A stretch of 64,000 bases of DNA, from the NCBI GenBank assembly GCA_963769025.1, contig CAVYKI010000003.1:1152001-1216000 (forward strand). Direction: 5' to 3'. The translations under genes were made by a program, and so were the position numbers. Shown piece after piece: positions 43,926 through 55,395 of this stretch. Positions within the stretch are counted from its first letter, which is position 1. Each line of letters starts with the position of its first letter. Under the pieces are notes generated by a model that was not told where the DNA came from, searched no databases, and saw only the letters and a list, made by a program, of their open reading frames with translations. Source of the stretch: an uncultured Verrucomicrobiae bacterium (lineage in GTDB: Bacteria; Verrucomicrobiota; Verrucomicrobiia; Chthoniobacterales; Chthoniobacteraceae).

Positions 43926-45329
43926 ATGCGCAAAACAAAAATCATCGCCACACTCGGGCCGGCGACGGAATCGGCCGAGATGCTCCGCAGCCTCATCGAG
44001 ACGGGAGTGAATTGCTTCCGGCTGAACATGAGCCACGCGTCGCACGAATGGGTCCGCGCCATCGTGCCGCGCATCCGCAACGCCGCTCGCGAGACGGGGA
44101 AAATCGTCGGCATCCTCATGGACACGCAGGGGCCGGCCATCCGCACGGGCGACCTCCCGGCGAAGCTGAACCTCAAGCCGGGCGACATTTTCGAGTTCAC
44201 CGTGCGCGGCGAGAAGAGCGAGGAGGAGTTCAGCGCGGACGTGAACTACGACGGGTTGATCGACGACATCGGCGTCGGGGACGTGGTGCTCGTGGACAAC
44301 GGCGTCATCCACATGAAGGTGCTCGAGAAACTCGGCAACCGGCTGCGCTGCGAAGTGCTCACCGAGGGCATCATGGGCTCGCGCCGGCACATCAATCTGC
44401 CCGGCGTGAAAGTAAACCTGCCGCCGCTCACGGAGAAGGATCTCGCGGATGTCGAGCTCGGCGCCGCCCTCGGCGTGGACTTTGTCGCGCTGAGCTTCTG
44501 CCGCGAGGCGAATGATGTCCGGGTGTTGCGCAAGGTGCTCGATGAGCACGGCAGCAGCGCGCGCATCGTGGCGAAAATCGAGGACCAGCTCGCGGTGAAG
44601 AACATCGCATCCATCATCGATGCCACCGACGTGATCATGGTCGCGCGCGGCGACCTCGGCATCGAGTGCCCGATGGAGGAACTGCCGATCATCCAGCGCC
44701 GGATCGTGAAGCAATGCCTGGAACTCGGAACGCCGGTCATCGTCGCGACGCACATGCTGGAGAGCATGATCGTGAATCCCGTGCCCACGCGCGCCGAGGT
44801 GACGGATGTCGCCAACGCCGTCTTCGAGCAGGCGGATGCCATCATGCTCAGCGGCGAGACGACTATGGGGAAATATCCCATCCATTGCGTGAAGGTCCTC
44901 GACAAGGTCGCCGAACGTATTGAGCGGTCCGGCGGCCTCGGGCTTGCGGACCACGCAGTGCTCGAGACGGATCGTGAGAAGACAGTCCGCAGCGCCGTCG
45001 TCCTCGCCAACAGCCTGCCGGACACGAAGATCGTCATCTTCACGCGCCGCGGCACGATGGCCGCGTTCGTCGCCGGGCAGCGCCCGAAATATGCGCCGAT
45101 TTTCGCATTCACGCCGACTTGGGAGCTCTGCCGCAAGCTCAGCCTGCATCGTGCCGTGGAGCCCATTTACATGCCGTTCGAGATCACTCCCGAAAAAACC
45201 ATCGCCGCCGCGGAGCGCTATCTGTTGGAAAAGGGCATCGTGCAGCGCGGCGATCATCTGGTGATCGTGAGCGACATTTTTGCCGGGCAGGACCGCTTCG
45301 ACAGCATCCAGCTCCGGCGGATGCCGTAG
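43926..45329 (+). CDS. pyk: Pyruvate kinase
   Basis: RKTKIIATLGPA, FRLNMSH, IVAKIE, MVARGDLG, VATHMLESM, MLSGET. Confidence 0.97.
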   Translation: MRKTKIIATLGPATESAEMLRSLIETGVNCFRLNMSHASHEWVRAIVPRIRNAARETGKIVGILMDTQGPAIRTGDLPAKLNLKPGDIFEFTVRGEKSEEEFSADVNYDGLIDDIGVGDVVLVDNGVIHMKVLEKLGNRLRCEVLTEGIMGSRRHINLPGVKVNLPPLTEKDLADVELGAALGVDFVALSFCREANDVRVLRKVLDEHGSSARIVAKIEDQLAVKNIASIIDATDVIMVARGDLGIECPMEELPIIQRRIVKQCLELGTPVIVATHMLESMIVNPVPTRAEVTDVANAVFEQADAIMLSGETTMGKYPIHCVKVLDKVAERIERSGGLGLADHAVLETDREKTVRSAVVLANSLPDTKIVIFTRRGTMAAFVAGQRPKYAPIFAFTPTWELCRKLSLHRAVEPIYMPFEITPEKTIAAAERYLLEKGIVQRGDHLVIVSDIFAGQDRFDSIQLRRMP

Positions 45330-45371
45330 GGGCGGCGCCATTCGCCTGCCCACGCCGGGAAGCCCGGAGCG

Positions 45372-46345
45372 CTATTTCCCCGAAGCCCGGAGTTTCGCGA
45401 TGAGATAGGCGTCGATGTTCGCGTGCTTCACATCCGGTGCGCCGGGATAGACGAGCTCGCAGTCCACGCCGGCGCTCCTGCACTTTTCCTGGAGCTTTAC
45501 GCCGTAGTTGGCGGTGTGCGTCGGATCCTTCTGCTCCTCGCCGAGCGCTGGCGGCGCCCCATAGATGAGATACACCGGCGGATCGTCGGCCGTGACGTGC
45601 TCGATCGGCGAGTATTCCTTGATCCACGGCAGCACCTCTTCGCGATGCGCGAGGAATTCCGCGAAGCGCGTGTCGCGCGTCTTGATGTCGTTCGGGTCCA
45701 TGAAGCCGAACGCGTGCCCGCCGTAGCGGCTGTTCGGCGTCCATTCCTTGAGTTGCGCGGGTCGAGCGAAGTCTGCGCACCGGTCACCGCCGCGCACCAC
45801 AGCCGCGTGGATTCACGCGCGATCGGGTCGCTGCTTTTCGGATCCGCCAGGTCCTTGTGAAACGCCAGCCACAGCGACGAGCACGCGCCCGCAGAGCCGC
45901 CGCTCGCGCCGATGCGCTGTTTGTCGATGTTCCACTCCTTCGCCTTGCTGCGCACGAATTGCAGCGCGCGTGCAGCGTCCTCCAGCGGCGCCTTCACCGG
46001 CGGCTTTACGCCCGCAAGTTGCGCTTGCCACGAGTAGCGGTAGTTGATCGAGACAACCGAGATGCCGGCGGCGAGATACGGCCTCACGCCGGCCCCGGTG
46101 CGCCCGCCTTTGTCGCCTGCCACCCAGCCACCGCCGTGAATGAAGAAGAGCAGCGGAGTGGGCTTGTCGGATTTTGCCTGGTAGAAATCGAGCACCTGCC
46201 GCTCGTGCGTGCCGTAGGCGACATTCGCGAGCGTCGGAACGGGGAGCGCCGGGGCTGCGACGGCACCCGCAGGCTGGACGGCCGGTGTGTCCGCGGCAAA
46301 TGCGCTGCTGGCGAGAAGGGCGAGGAGGGAGAATGGGAGTCGCAT
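45372..46345 (-). CDS. Exported alpha/beta hydrolase (HSL/BD-FAE-like esterase; one frameshift)
   Basis: Signal peptide, FIHGGGW, SINYR, GGSAGA, DPTH. Confidence 0.85.
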
Positions 46346-46474
46346 GGGAGGTGAGACCTGCTTTGCACCGGTAGCTTGGGGTTTCTCGATTCAAAAAAAG
46401 ATTCGCGCGTTGCCCGGCGCACGTTCGGCGCGGCCGGCCCCGGTTGGGAAATATTGGCCGTGCCGCCGCACGAG

Positions 46475-46490
46475 CGGCACAGCGGTTGCT
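46475..46490 (+). promoter_or_regulatory. Putative sigma-54 promoter
   Basis: CGGCACAGCGGTTGCT fits the GG-N10-GC (-24/-12) pattern and ends about 25 nt before ATG 46515. Confidence 0.55.
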
Positions 46491-46514
46491 AACCTATGCA
46501 TCAGGATGATAGCA

Positions 46515-46868
46515 ATGAGAACCACGACATGTTCAAACTGTGACCACGTTTTCCTGAGCTACGCTTCAAGTTGCCCGGAGTGCGCCTGGGCGCGCCCGCG
46601 GCGAAAGAAGCGCAGGACGGGCCGGGTAGTCGCGATAGGTGTTTCGATGGTGGCGCTGACAATGACCGCAATCACCGTCCGGAAACTCAAGACCGCGAGG
46701 GAGGACCTCCTCGCCCGGCAAAACGAGTCGGTTTTGGTGATGCCCCTGCTGCCGGTGCCCTTGAAAAAAGCGCCGCCTCCAACGGCATCCCGCACGAGCC
46801 CGGAACCTCTGATCAACATCTCGATTGTCGCCGGTGCCGAACAGCACACGGGACTTTCAGGATTTTAG
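46515..46868 (+). CDS. Hypothetical zinc-ribbon membrane protein
   Basis: CSNC...CPEC, a basic patch, then a TM helix VVAIGVSMVALTMTAITV. Confidence 0.6.
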   Translation: MRTTTCSNCDHVFLSYASSCPECAWARPRRKKRRTGRVVAIGVSMVALTMTAITVRKLKTAREDLLARQNESVLVMPLLPVPLKKAPPPTASRTSPEPLINISIVAGAEQHTGLSGF

Positions 46869-46942
46869 TTTGACGACGCCCGGATTCCAGCGGCTCAGGC
46901 CGCAGCATTCATGAAGCCCGGACGCAATTGCCGTCATGGCGC

Positions 46943-46958
46943 TGGCAGCTTAGGTGCT
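46943..46958 (+). promoter_or_regulatory. Putative sigma-54 promoter
   Basis: TGGCAGCTTAGGTGCT fits GG-N10-GC and lies upstream of the PEP-CTERM gene. Confidence 0.4.
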
Positions 46959-47014
46959 TCGTAACACGCACCGTCCGCATCGAATAAAGCAACCTCTCAA
47001 AACAGCAAAGCACA

Positions 47015-47704
47015 GTGAAAACAAAAACCATTTACCTGCTATTCGCCTGCATATTCACAGGCATTCTCGAACATTCCGGAAATGCCGCACTGATCACCAA
47101 CGGCAGTTTTGAGGACGGCGGCGGATCCTTCGGCGGATGGACTGTCGCCGGGACAGCGGTCATCACCGCAAACCAATTTGGCACGCCAAGCGATGGCGCG
47201 GCGCAGGCTTTCATCAGCAACAGCGCTGGCTCTGTGACTTCTGCCGCGCTGTCCGCATTCTTTGGCGGTGCCACCCTGCCCGGTAATGCACGCGGCGTTG
47301 CGACCGAGGGTTCAGGAATCAAGCAAACCTTTACCTCCACCGGTCCTGTCCGATTCTCCTTCGACTATAGGTATCTCACCCAGGAAAATATAGGCTCTGG
47401 GTATGACGAGGGCTTCTACTTCATCGACGGCGCGGTGTTCTCGCTCGCGAATTCGACAGCCGCCGGCCTCATCGCGATCGACCGCTACACCAATGGTACA
47501 CCGTACAGGACCGTGTCGCTGACACTCTCAGCCGGGTTGCACACAATAGGTTTTGGAACTTACGACACTGGCGACGCGAGCGGAGACTCGGCGCTCATCG
47601 TCGATAACATTCAGGCCGTCCCCGAGCCTGCAACGCTTGGGGTGGGACTCGGTCTGGCTTTTGCCGCGCTGTTCCTCCGCAAGCCGCGCCGCGCCCGCGG
47701 ATAG
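47015..47704 (+). CDS. PEP-CTERM sorting-domain protein
   Basis: Signal peptide, LITNGSFE, and C-terminal [25 protein letters not shown]. Confidence 0.9.
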   Translation: MKTKTIYLLFACIFTGILEHSGNAALITNGSFEDGGGSFGGWTVAGTAVITANQFGTPSDGAAQAFISNSAGSVTSAALSAFFGGATLPGNARGVATEGSGIKQTFTSTGPVRFSFDYRYLTQENIGSGYDEGFYFIDGAVFSLANSTAAGLIAIDRYTNGTPYRTVSLTLSAGLHTIGFGTYDTGDASGDSALIVDNIQAVPEPATLGVGLGLAFAALFLRKPRRARG

Positions 47705-47751
47705 AGTCGGGCGTGGGGATTGGCGCGCCCTCAACGCCTGCGGAAGGCCGA

Positions 47752-49239
47752 TCAGGCCAGCACCTCTTTGATCACATGCCCCTCGACGTTGGTGAGCCGG
47801 CGTTGCACGCCGTTGTGCTCGAAGGTGAGGTGCTCGTGATCGAGGCCGAGCAGATGCAGGATCGTGGCGTTGAAGTCGTAGAGCGGATGAATGTCCTGCA
47901 CGGCCTTCTGGCCGAGCTCGTCGGTGACGCCGTGGCTGACGCCGGGCTTCACGCCCGCGCCGGTCATCCAGCAGGTGAAGCCGTCCGGGATTGTGATCGC
48001 GGCCCTGCGCGCCTTTTTGGAACAAGGGCATGCGGCCAAACTCGGTGCACCAGACGACCAGCGTGTCCTGCAGCAGGCCGCGCTGTTTCAGATCGCGGAT
48101 GAGCGCGGCGGCCGGCTGGTCGAGGATCGGCGGCGTGCACTGTCGTATTGCTCCTTGAGCTTGTTGTGGCCGTCCCAGTTCAGCTCGCCGCCGCTGGCGT
48201 AGGCGCCGTTGAAGAGCTGCACGAAGCGCACGCCGCGCTCGATCAGCCGCCGCGCGAGGATGCAGTTCTTCGCGAAGCGCGGCCTTGTTCGGATTCGTGC
48301 GTGTCGTCCGCGCCGTACAGTTTCAGAATGTGCGCGGGCTCGGTGCTGAGGTCGCTGATCTCCGGCACGCTGAGCTGCATGCGCGCGGCCAGTTCGTAGC
48401 TGGCGATGCGCGCGGCGAGTTTGCCGTCGCCGGGATGCTCCTCGAGATGCCGCGCATTCATCCGCTGCAGCAGCGCGCGCGCCGCGTCGTCGCCTGCGAC
48501 TGGAAACGCCGCGGCGGCGCGAGATGGCGCACCGGTTCCTTCGCGCTCATCGGTCGTGCCTTGAAACGCCGCGGGCAGGAATCCCGGGCCCCAGTTGTTC
48601 GACCCGGCCTGCGGCACGCCGCGCGGATCGGGAATCGCGACGTACGCCGGCAGATCCTGATTCTCGCTGCCCAGCGCGTAGCGTGACCCACGAGCCGAGG
48701 CTCGGAAAGCCATCGAGCACGAAGCCGGTGGAGAGAAAATTCTCCGCCGGGCCGTGCGTGTTCGACTTGCTGGTGAGCGAGTGCACGAAGGCGATGTCGT
48801 CGGTCAGCTCCGCGAGATGCGGAATCATGTCGCTGACCCACTTGCCCGTCTGGCCGCGCTGCCGGAACTCATACTGCGGCCGCGCGAGATTGCCCGCCGG
48901 TCCCTGGAACGTCACCGCCGGCCCGCCGGGCAGCGGCTTGTCGTCCCACTTGATCAGCTCCGGCTTGTAGTCCCACGTCTCGAGCTGGCTCACCGCGCCG
49001 GCGCAGAAGATCACGATCACGTTCTTCGCCTTCGCCGGGAAAGTGCGGCGCGCGCGGCGCATACGGCCGCGCCGGATCGATGACGCGACGTGCGTCGGCG
49101 CGGCGAGCAGGCCATCGCAGCCCGAGCAGATTCGTCAGCGCGATGGAGCCGAGCGCCGTGGCGCTGCTGCGAAAGGAAACGCCGCCGGTCGAGCAGATGC
49201 GCGGCCGGCGGCGGAGAGATGTTCGGCGCGGTGGCTCAT
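47752..49239 (-). CDS. DUF1501 domain protein (frameshifted)
   Basis: [66 protein letters not shown]. Confidence 0.9.
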
Positions 49240-52053
49240 GGCAGGAAGAGGAATTCGTTGCTGTTGAAAAGCGCGCGGCAGAGCGTCGGCGAGGCCGTGC
49301 TCGCGGACGACGGGTTCGGCATCGCGCGAGTTCCTCGGCGTCGGGATCGCGGCTGAGCGCGAGCTGGTAGGCGCGGCGGATTTGCTGCGCGACGTCGTCG
49401 CCGGCTTCCGCTTTCACGCGCGCGGCGAAGGCCTCGGATTCGTCGAGGGTGAAGCGGCTGTTGAAGAGATTCAGCGCCTGGATCGGCGTGGTGCGATTCG
49501 CGGCGGCGCGCGGTGCTCTGGCCGGCATCGGGACAGTCGAACGCGCCGAAGACGGCCTCGCGTTCGCGGCGGACTTTGTGCGCGTAGATCATGCGGCGCA
49601 GGCCGTCGCCGGTGAAGGACTCGACCGGGCGTGAAGCCGCTGAGGCCGCCGCGCTTGTCGAAGAGATCGAAGCCGCGGCCATACATCTTCAGGTTCGAGC
49701 CGGCCGCTGACGGCGAGCATCGAGTCGCGGATGGTCTCGGCTTCGAGACGGCGCGACGGGAAGCGCCAGAGCAGGCGGACGTCGGCATCAACGGTTGCGG
49801 CCGACGGCAGGACGCGGAACCGTTGCCGACGGCCGACTGCCGATACGTCGCGGACAGCACGATCAGCCGGTGCATGTGCTTCACCGACCAGCCGGAGCGG
49901 ATGAACTCGCTGCGCGAGCCAGTCGAGCAGTTCGGGATGCGAGGGCTTCGTGCCGTTGCGGCCGAAGTCGCTCGGCGTCTCGACGAGGCCGGTGCCGAAG
50001 TGGCCCTGCCAGATGCGATTCACCATCACGCGCGCGGTGAGCGGATTCTGCGGACTCGCGATCCAGTCGGCGAGCGCCTTGCGGCGCTCCTGCTCGGCGG
50101 TGTCGCCTGGCAGCTTCGATCGTGCCGAGCGCGCTGAGCACCGCGGGCACGACTTCGTCCTTCGGCTGCTCGGGATCGCCGCGATTGAGCAGGTGGATGT
50201 GCATCCGGCTTGCGGAATGTTCCCGGCGAAGACCTTCTGTCCCGTTCTGCGCGGCGTTCACCTTCGCCTCGAGCGAGGCCTTCTGCTTGCATCAGCGCGC
50301 GTCGCCTCGGCCGCTTCATCCTTGCCGAGGCCCTTCGTGGAAAACGCGACGCGGCTTTCGGTCGCGCTGTGACCAGGCTTTCGCCGGTCGTCTGAATCGG
50401 CGACGGCTTCGCCACTCGCCCGGTGCATCCGGCGACCTCGATGACGTAATCGATCGCCAGCCGGTCGGTGAATTTCCCCTCGCGGTCGCGGCCCCAGACG
50501 ACGCGATCGATCATCGTGCTCCTGCGGCAAACTCCAGCATCACCCAGCCCTTGCCCTTTCTCGTTCGACATCCAACTGCGCGAGTTGCCGTACTGGCCGT
50601 CGTTGATGTGCCGCAGCTCGTGGCGGTCGGCGACGACGGTGTCGCCGGAGGACGTGGCCGTGGCGCCCTCGCTGGCGAGCGCGACGTTGCGGCCCGCCGA
50701 TGTCGAAGACCTCGAGTTCGTCGATGCACGGCTCCAGGTTGTTCGTCTCGCGGATGGTGAAGCGCACGCGCTTCGCCTTCACCGGCGCAAAGCGATCCGT
50801 GTTCACGCGCGGCGTTCACCAGGCGGACGCTCGACGCCGGACTTCGCCAGCGGCACGAAGCGCGCGAGCTGCTGATCGATCTGCGGCGATCTGCGCTTCG
50901 AGCTGCTTCGCCTCCGCGCGCGCCGCCTCGGCCTCCGGCGTGCGCAGCTCGCGATCGCCGTACTCCACGCCGGCGACGAAGGCCTGCATCGCGTAGTAGT
51001 CGCGCTGCGGAGATGGGATCGAACTTGTGGTCGTGGCAGCGCGCGCAGCCGACGCTCAGGCCGAGGAAGGTCTGGCCGATGTTCATCACGATCTCATCGA
51101 GCGAATCCTGCCGCGCGAGCCGCTTCGAGGGCTCATCCTTGCCGATCTGCCCCGGCAGCAGCACCGACGCGGTGACGAGAAATCCGGTGGCCGCATCCTC
51201 GCCCAGCGCATCGCCGACGATTTGCTCGCGGATGAAGCGGTCATACGGCGTGTCGTCGTTGAACGCGCGGATCACGTAGTCGCGATACGGCCAGGCGTTC
51301 GGCCGCTCGGTGTTCACCTCGAAGCCGTGCGTGTCCGCGTAGCGCACGACGTCGAGCCAGTGCTGCGCCCAGCGCTCGCCGTAGCGCGGCGAGGCCAGCA
51401 GCGCGTCGACCACCCGCTCATGCGCGTCGGCGCGCGTGTCCTCTAGAAAATCCGCGACCTGCTCCGGCGTCGGCGGCAGGCCGGTGAGATCGAACGACAC
51501 GCGTCGCAGCCAGGTCACGCGATCCGCCTCCGGCGCGGGCTGCAGGCCCGCCGCCTCCAGCCGCGCCAGGATGAATCGGTCGACGCCATTCCGCGGCCAC
51601 GCCTGGTCCTTCGTCTCCGGCGGAGCGGGATCGGCAAGCGGCTTGAACGACCAGTGATCGCGCTTGTCTGCGAGCTTCACGAGGTCCACGCCATCCGGCC
51701 ACACCGCGCCCTGATCGATCCACGCCGTCAGGGTCGCGATCTCCGCGTCGGACAGGCGCTCGCCTTTCGGCGGCATCCGCTCGTCCTTGTCGTCGCTCGT
51801 CACCATCTGGATCAGCGGACTCTCCTTCGCCTTGCCCGCGATGATGTCCGGCGCGTGGTCATCGCCGCCCTTGAGCGCCGCCGCCTTCACATCGAGCCGG
51901 AGCCCGGACTTCTGCTTCTGTCTCGCCGTGGCACTCGTAGCAGTGCTTTTCGAAAATCGGCCGCACATCGCGCACGAAGTCCACCGGCGCTGCGTACAAC
52001 CCGGCAGCACAGGCAAACGTCAATGCAATGAATGTGCGCCGGGGGAGTTTCAT
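49236..52053 (-). CDS. Planctomycete cytochrome c / DUF1549 / DUF1553 protein (frameshifted)
   Basis: [69 protein letters not shown]. Stop overlaps the DUF1501 start. Confidence 0.9.
49794..49817 (+). repeat. Degenerate single arm of the 287/32800 REP family inside DUF1553
   Basis: GTTGCGGCCGACGGCAGGACGCGG versus GTAGCCGCCGACGGCAGGAGGCGG: 21/24. Confidence 0.6.
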
Positions 52054-52294
52054 CGGTTGTCGTGGGTCCTTCCCTACAGTGAATGCGGGTCGCCGCACGT
52101 GCTTAGCCCATGACTGCGCGCGTTCCCAAAAAAGCGCGGGGACCGACCTTTGTGCCCCGCGCGGATTTTCCCCTTCGCAGCACCAAGCCGGCGTGAACTC
52201 GACGCGTGAAAAGCCCCGTCGCGTTCTCACGCGGCGCGAGCAATCGTTCGGCTGCATTTGCGCCCCGGTTCAAAAACCGACGCGCACGCTGCGC

Positions 52295-52687
52295 TCAAAT
52301 CCCCAGCGAAGCGAGCAGGGCCTTGTCGATCTGGCCGGTGATCTCGAGGTTGTTTTCCTCTTGGTAGGCGCGGATCGCGGCCCTCGTCTTCGGTCCGATT
52401 TCGCCGTCCACCGAGCTGTCGTAATATCCAAGCGTCTTCAGTTTTCGCTGCACCTGCGCAGTGGTGGAATCGGCCTGAGAACGGACCACGCGCCTGCCGG
52501 GATACGGATACGGCAGCGGAGGAGGGAGGAGCGGAGGACGAGGGGGACGAGGAACAAATGGCCCGCCGGGGAAACCAGGGCCGCCAGGGCCGCCGGGGCC
52601 ACCGGGAGGCTGTGCAAACGAGAGGTCTGAGAGCGACACGGTCACGAGCAAGGTGGCGACCACGGAGATGGATGCGAATCGTTTCAT
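52295..52687 (-). CDS. Exported Pro/Gly-rich peptidoglycan-binding domain protein
   Basis: Signal peptide, PGGPGGPGG tract, then VQRKLKTLGYYDSSVDGEIGPKTRAAIRAYQEENNLEITG (PG_binding_1). Confidence 0.88.
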   Translation of the reverse strand: MKRFASISVVATLLVTVSLSDLSFAQPPGGPGGPGGPGFPGGPFVPRPPRPPLLPPPLPYPYPGRRVVRSQADSTTAQVQRKLKTLGYYDSSVDGEIGPKTRAAIRAYQEENNLEITGQIDKALLASLGI

Positions 52688-52987
52688 GACTCACCTTTAG
52701 ACGCTTTGCGATTGTGGTCAATTGCATTGGCTGCGCCCGGATCTGACAACCGCCGGGCACCTGCTGGCAGCGGAGCAGATTCCCGTGCCGACGTGGCGGA
52801 GCGTCCCCGCGGGAAGAACTTCCAACAGTCCGAGGACATCCATGAAGATCGTGGCAGGGGGCAATTGAATGTGATGCCGCATGAGCCCGAGGCCAGCCGT
52901 ACCGTGGTGAATCCGGGAAGGAAGAAAGTGCGCCGCGCGTCGGAAACCTTGCGGTCCCGCGCGTGAATCGGAAAAGTGAAGGCGGTC

Positions 52988-54433
52988 ATGAAACAAGTCC
53001 TCCCCATCTGCGCCGCCGTGTTGTTTGCCCCCTTGACCGCACTTTTCGCGACCGGGCACGGCGTGTGGCGGGACATTCCCGGCTCGGGGCAAACGCCCAC
53101 GGGACGCGTGCTTCTCTCGTGGTTCTCCAGCGGCGGCGATGAGTTGCAGGCTCGGAACACGATCCATTTTTGCGCCAGCGATGACGGAGCGAAGACGCTC
53201 GCGGAGCCTCGCACCAGCGATGAACCGCTTCACACGAAACTTGTCCCGCCCGGCTGGGATTCAGCGCTCGCCGGCGATGTTGTGATGGAGCGGCTCGTCA
53301 ATACTTCGGCTTCGCGGGTGAAGGGCGCACACGACGCGGAATTTGTCTGCGTCGGCGAGCGCGCCTACGTCGTGGCGGAGGCGAATGACGTGAAGGCGGG
53401 CGAGAGCGCGGGGTGGCCATTCATCTATGCCACGATGTCGGTGGTGAATCTGAAGACGCTCGCGGTGGAGAAGGTGATCGACTTTGCGCGCAGCGAGCAG
53501 CGGTTTGAAAACGAGACGCTGCCGGTCGGTGCGTGCTTCGTGCCGCGCATCATCCAGAAGGACGCGGAAACGCTGCGCTGCTACTTCACGAGCGAGGATC
53601 CGGGGAAGCGGCAGTCGCAGATGTGGTATCGCGACTTCGATCTGAAGTCGGGCGAGTTTGCGGCGACGATCTACAAGGCGAAGCTCAAGACCGCGGCGGG
53701 CACCTTCGATTTGCAGCCGCAGCATTTTCATGCGGATGCGGCGGCGCAGGGTTTCGCAAAACGCCGCGGTGGACTCTGTCGTTCTTCATCTTCGATTCGT
53801 TCAAGCGGTTCGATGGCCGGACGTACGTCGGCCTTGAACAATTTCTCCGGCAAGCAAAACGCGCTCGCGGTCGTGCATGACGACCTCGCGACGTTTGAGG
53901 TCATCGGCCACTACAACGAGCCGCAGTCCGAGCAACTCAGCGAGTCGGCGGTGAACCGTCTGCCCGACGGCACATGGATGGCGATCTGCCGCAATGACAA
54001 AGGCAACTATCACTTCACCACGAGCGCGGACGGCAGGACGTGGAGCGTGGGCAGGCAGATGCCGCATGTCCCGAACGGCGCCAACTCGAAGCCGACCTTC
54101 GACAAGTTCGGTGGCGTCTATTACCTCGGCTGGCAGGAGGCGACGCGCATCCAGAATGTGAGCCGCAGCGTGTTCAACATCGACATCTCGCGCGACGGCC
54201 AGACGTGGGAACGCAAGTATCGCTTCGAGTCACCGAAGTCGTTTCAGTATCCGACCTTCCACGAGCACGAGGGCGCGATCTGGCTCGCGGTGACGCAGGG
54301 CGACAGCGACACGAGCCGCAAGGAGCGCATCATGTTTGGCAAACTGGAGGACGTGGGCCACTTCGAGTCGCAGGCGGGAAAGACGCGCACGCCGCTGCCG
54401 CCGTCGCCAGCGGGCGCTCTGTCCCCGCTTTAA
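52988..54433 (+). CDS. Exported BNR/Asp-box (sialidase-like) protein (local frameshift near 53770-53830)
   Basis: Signal peptide, Asp-boxes TSADGRTWS and ISRDGQTWE, LSESAVNRLPDG, FQYP. Confidence 0.75.
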   Translation: MKQVLPICAAVLFAPLTALFATGHGVWRDIPGSGQTPTGRVLLSWFSSGGDELQARNTIHFCASDDGAKTLAEPRTSDEPLHTKLVPPGWDSALAGDVVMERLVNTSASRVKGAHDAEFVCVGERAYVVAEANDVKAGESAGWPFIYATMSVVNLKTLAVEKVIDFARSEQRFENETLPVGACFVPRIIQKDAETLRCYFTSEDPGKRQSQMWYRDFDLKSGEFAATIYKAKLKTAAGTFDLQPQHFHADAAAQGFAKRRGGLCRSSSSIRSSGSMAGRTSALNNFSGKQNALAVVHDDLATFEVIGHYNEPQSEQLSESAVNRLPDGTWMAICRNDKGNYHFTTSADGRTWSVGRQMPHVPNGANSKPTFDKFGGVYYLGWQEATRIQNVSRSVFNIDISRDGQTWERKYRFESPKSFQYPTFHEHEGAIWLAVTQGDSDTSRKERIMFGKLEDVGHFESQAGKTRTPLPPSPAGALSPL

Positions 54434-54444
54434 TCCCACGACTG

Positions 54445-55395
54445 ATGCACCGCTTCCTCGCCTGGTTCAACAATCTCTACCCCGTGTGGCTGGTCGCCCT
54501 CGCGGTCATCGCGTTCTTTAAGCCGGAGACGATGCTGTGGTTCGACAAGCCGTGGATCTTCTGGTCGCTCGCGGCCTCGATGCTCGGCATGGGGCTCACG
54601 CTCAGTCTCGATGACTTCAAGTCCATCGGCCGCATGCCGGGAAGCGTGGCGCTGGGATTTGGCGCGCAATACACGCTCATGCCGCTGTGCGGCTGGATCG
54701 TCGCCACGGTGCTGCGGCTCGAGCCGGGACTGGCAGTCGGCATCATCCTCGTCGCGAGTTGCCCCGGCGGCATGGCGTCGAACATGATCAGCTATCTCGC
54801 CCGCGCAAACGTGGCGCTCTCCGTGGTGCTCACGCTGTGCTCCACGGTCATGGCCTTCGTCTTCACGCCGATGTGGACGGGTTTCCTCGCGGGCAAATAT
54901 GTGCCGGTGGACAAATGGGAGCTGTGCCTGTCGGCGCTGAAGCTCACCGTGGCCCCGGTCGTGCTTGGCGTGCTCATCCGCTGGAGGCTGCCGCGCACGG
55001 CGGATAAAATCGGCGCCTGCGGTCCGACGATCGCCGTGTTGGCATTCACGCTTGTGAGCGGCGGCATCGTGGCGGCAAGTGCGGACGCCATCGCGTCGAG
55101 CTTCGGCACACTCGCGCTCGCCGCCTTCCTGCTGCACGTCATCGGCTTCAGCGTCGGCTACGCAGTCACAAAGGTACTTCGCTACCCCGAGACCGTGGCC
55201 CGCACCGTGAGCATCGAGGTGGGCATGCAAAACGGCGGCATGGCCGCGGCGCTCGCCCGGCAGCATTTTGCCGCGATGCCGCTCGCGGCCGCGGCCTCGG
55301 TGTTCAGCGGCGTGATGCAAAACATTCTCGGCGGCCTGCTCGCCTCGTGGTGGAAGTCGCGCCTTCCCGCGGAAGGCAATCCGAAAGTGCGATGA
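54445..55395 (+). CDS. Bile acid:sodium symporter (BASS) family transporter
   Basis: MLGMGLTL, AQYTLMP, GIILVASCPGGMASN, SIEVGMQNGG. Confidence 0.92.
   Translation: MHRFLAWFNNLYPVWLVALAVIAFFKPETMLWFDKPWIFWSLAASMLGMGLTLSLDDFKSIGRMPGSVALGFGAQYTLMPLCGWIVATVLRLEPGLAVGIILVASCPGGMASNMISYLARANVALSVVLTLCSTVMAFVFTPMWTGFLAGKYVPVDKWELCLSALKLTVAPVVLGVLIRWRLPRTADKIGACGPTIAVLAFTLVSGGIVAASADAIASSFGTLALAAFLLHVIGFSVGYAVTKVLRYPETVARTVSIEVGMQNGGMAAALARQHFAAMPLAAAASVFSGVMQNILGGLLASWWKSRLPAEGNPKVR

Noticed and set aside
52500..52610. Short G/C-rich tandem repeats as a VNTR or CRISPR
   Set aside because: They encode the PGG/Pro-rich linker of the peptidoglycan-binding protein, with no repeat-spacer structure and no cas genes.
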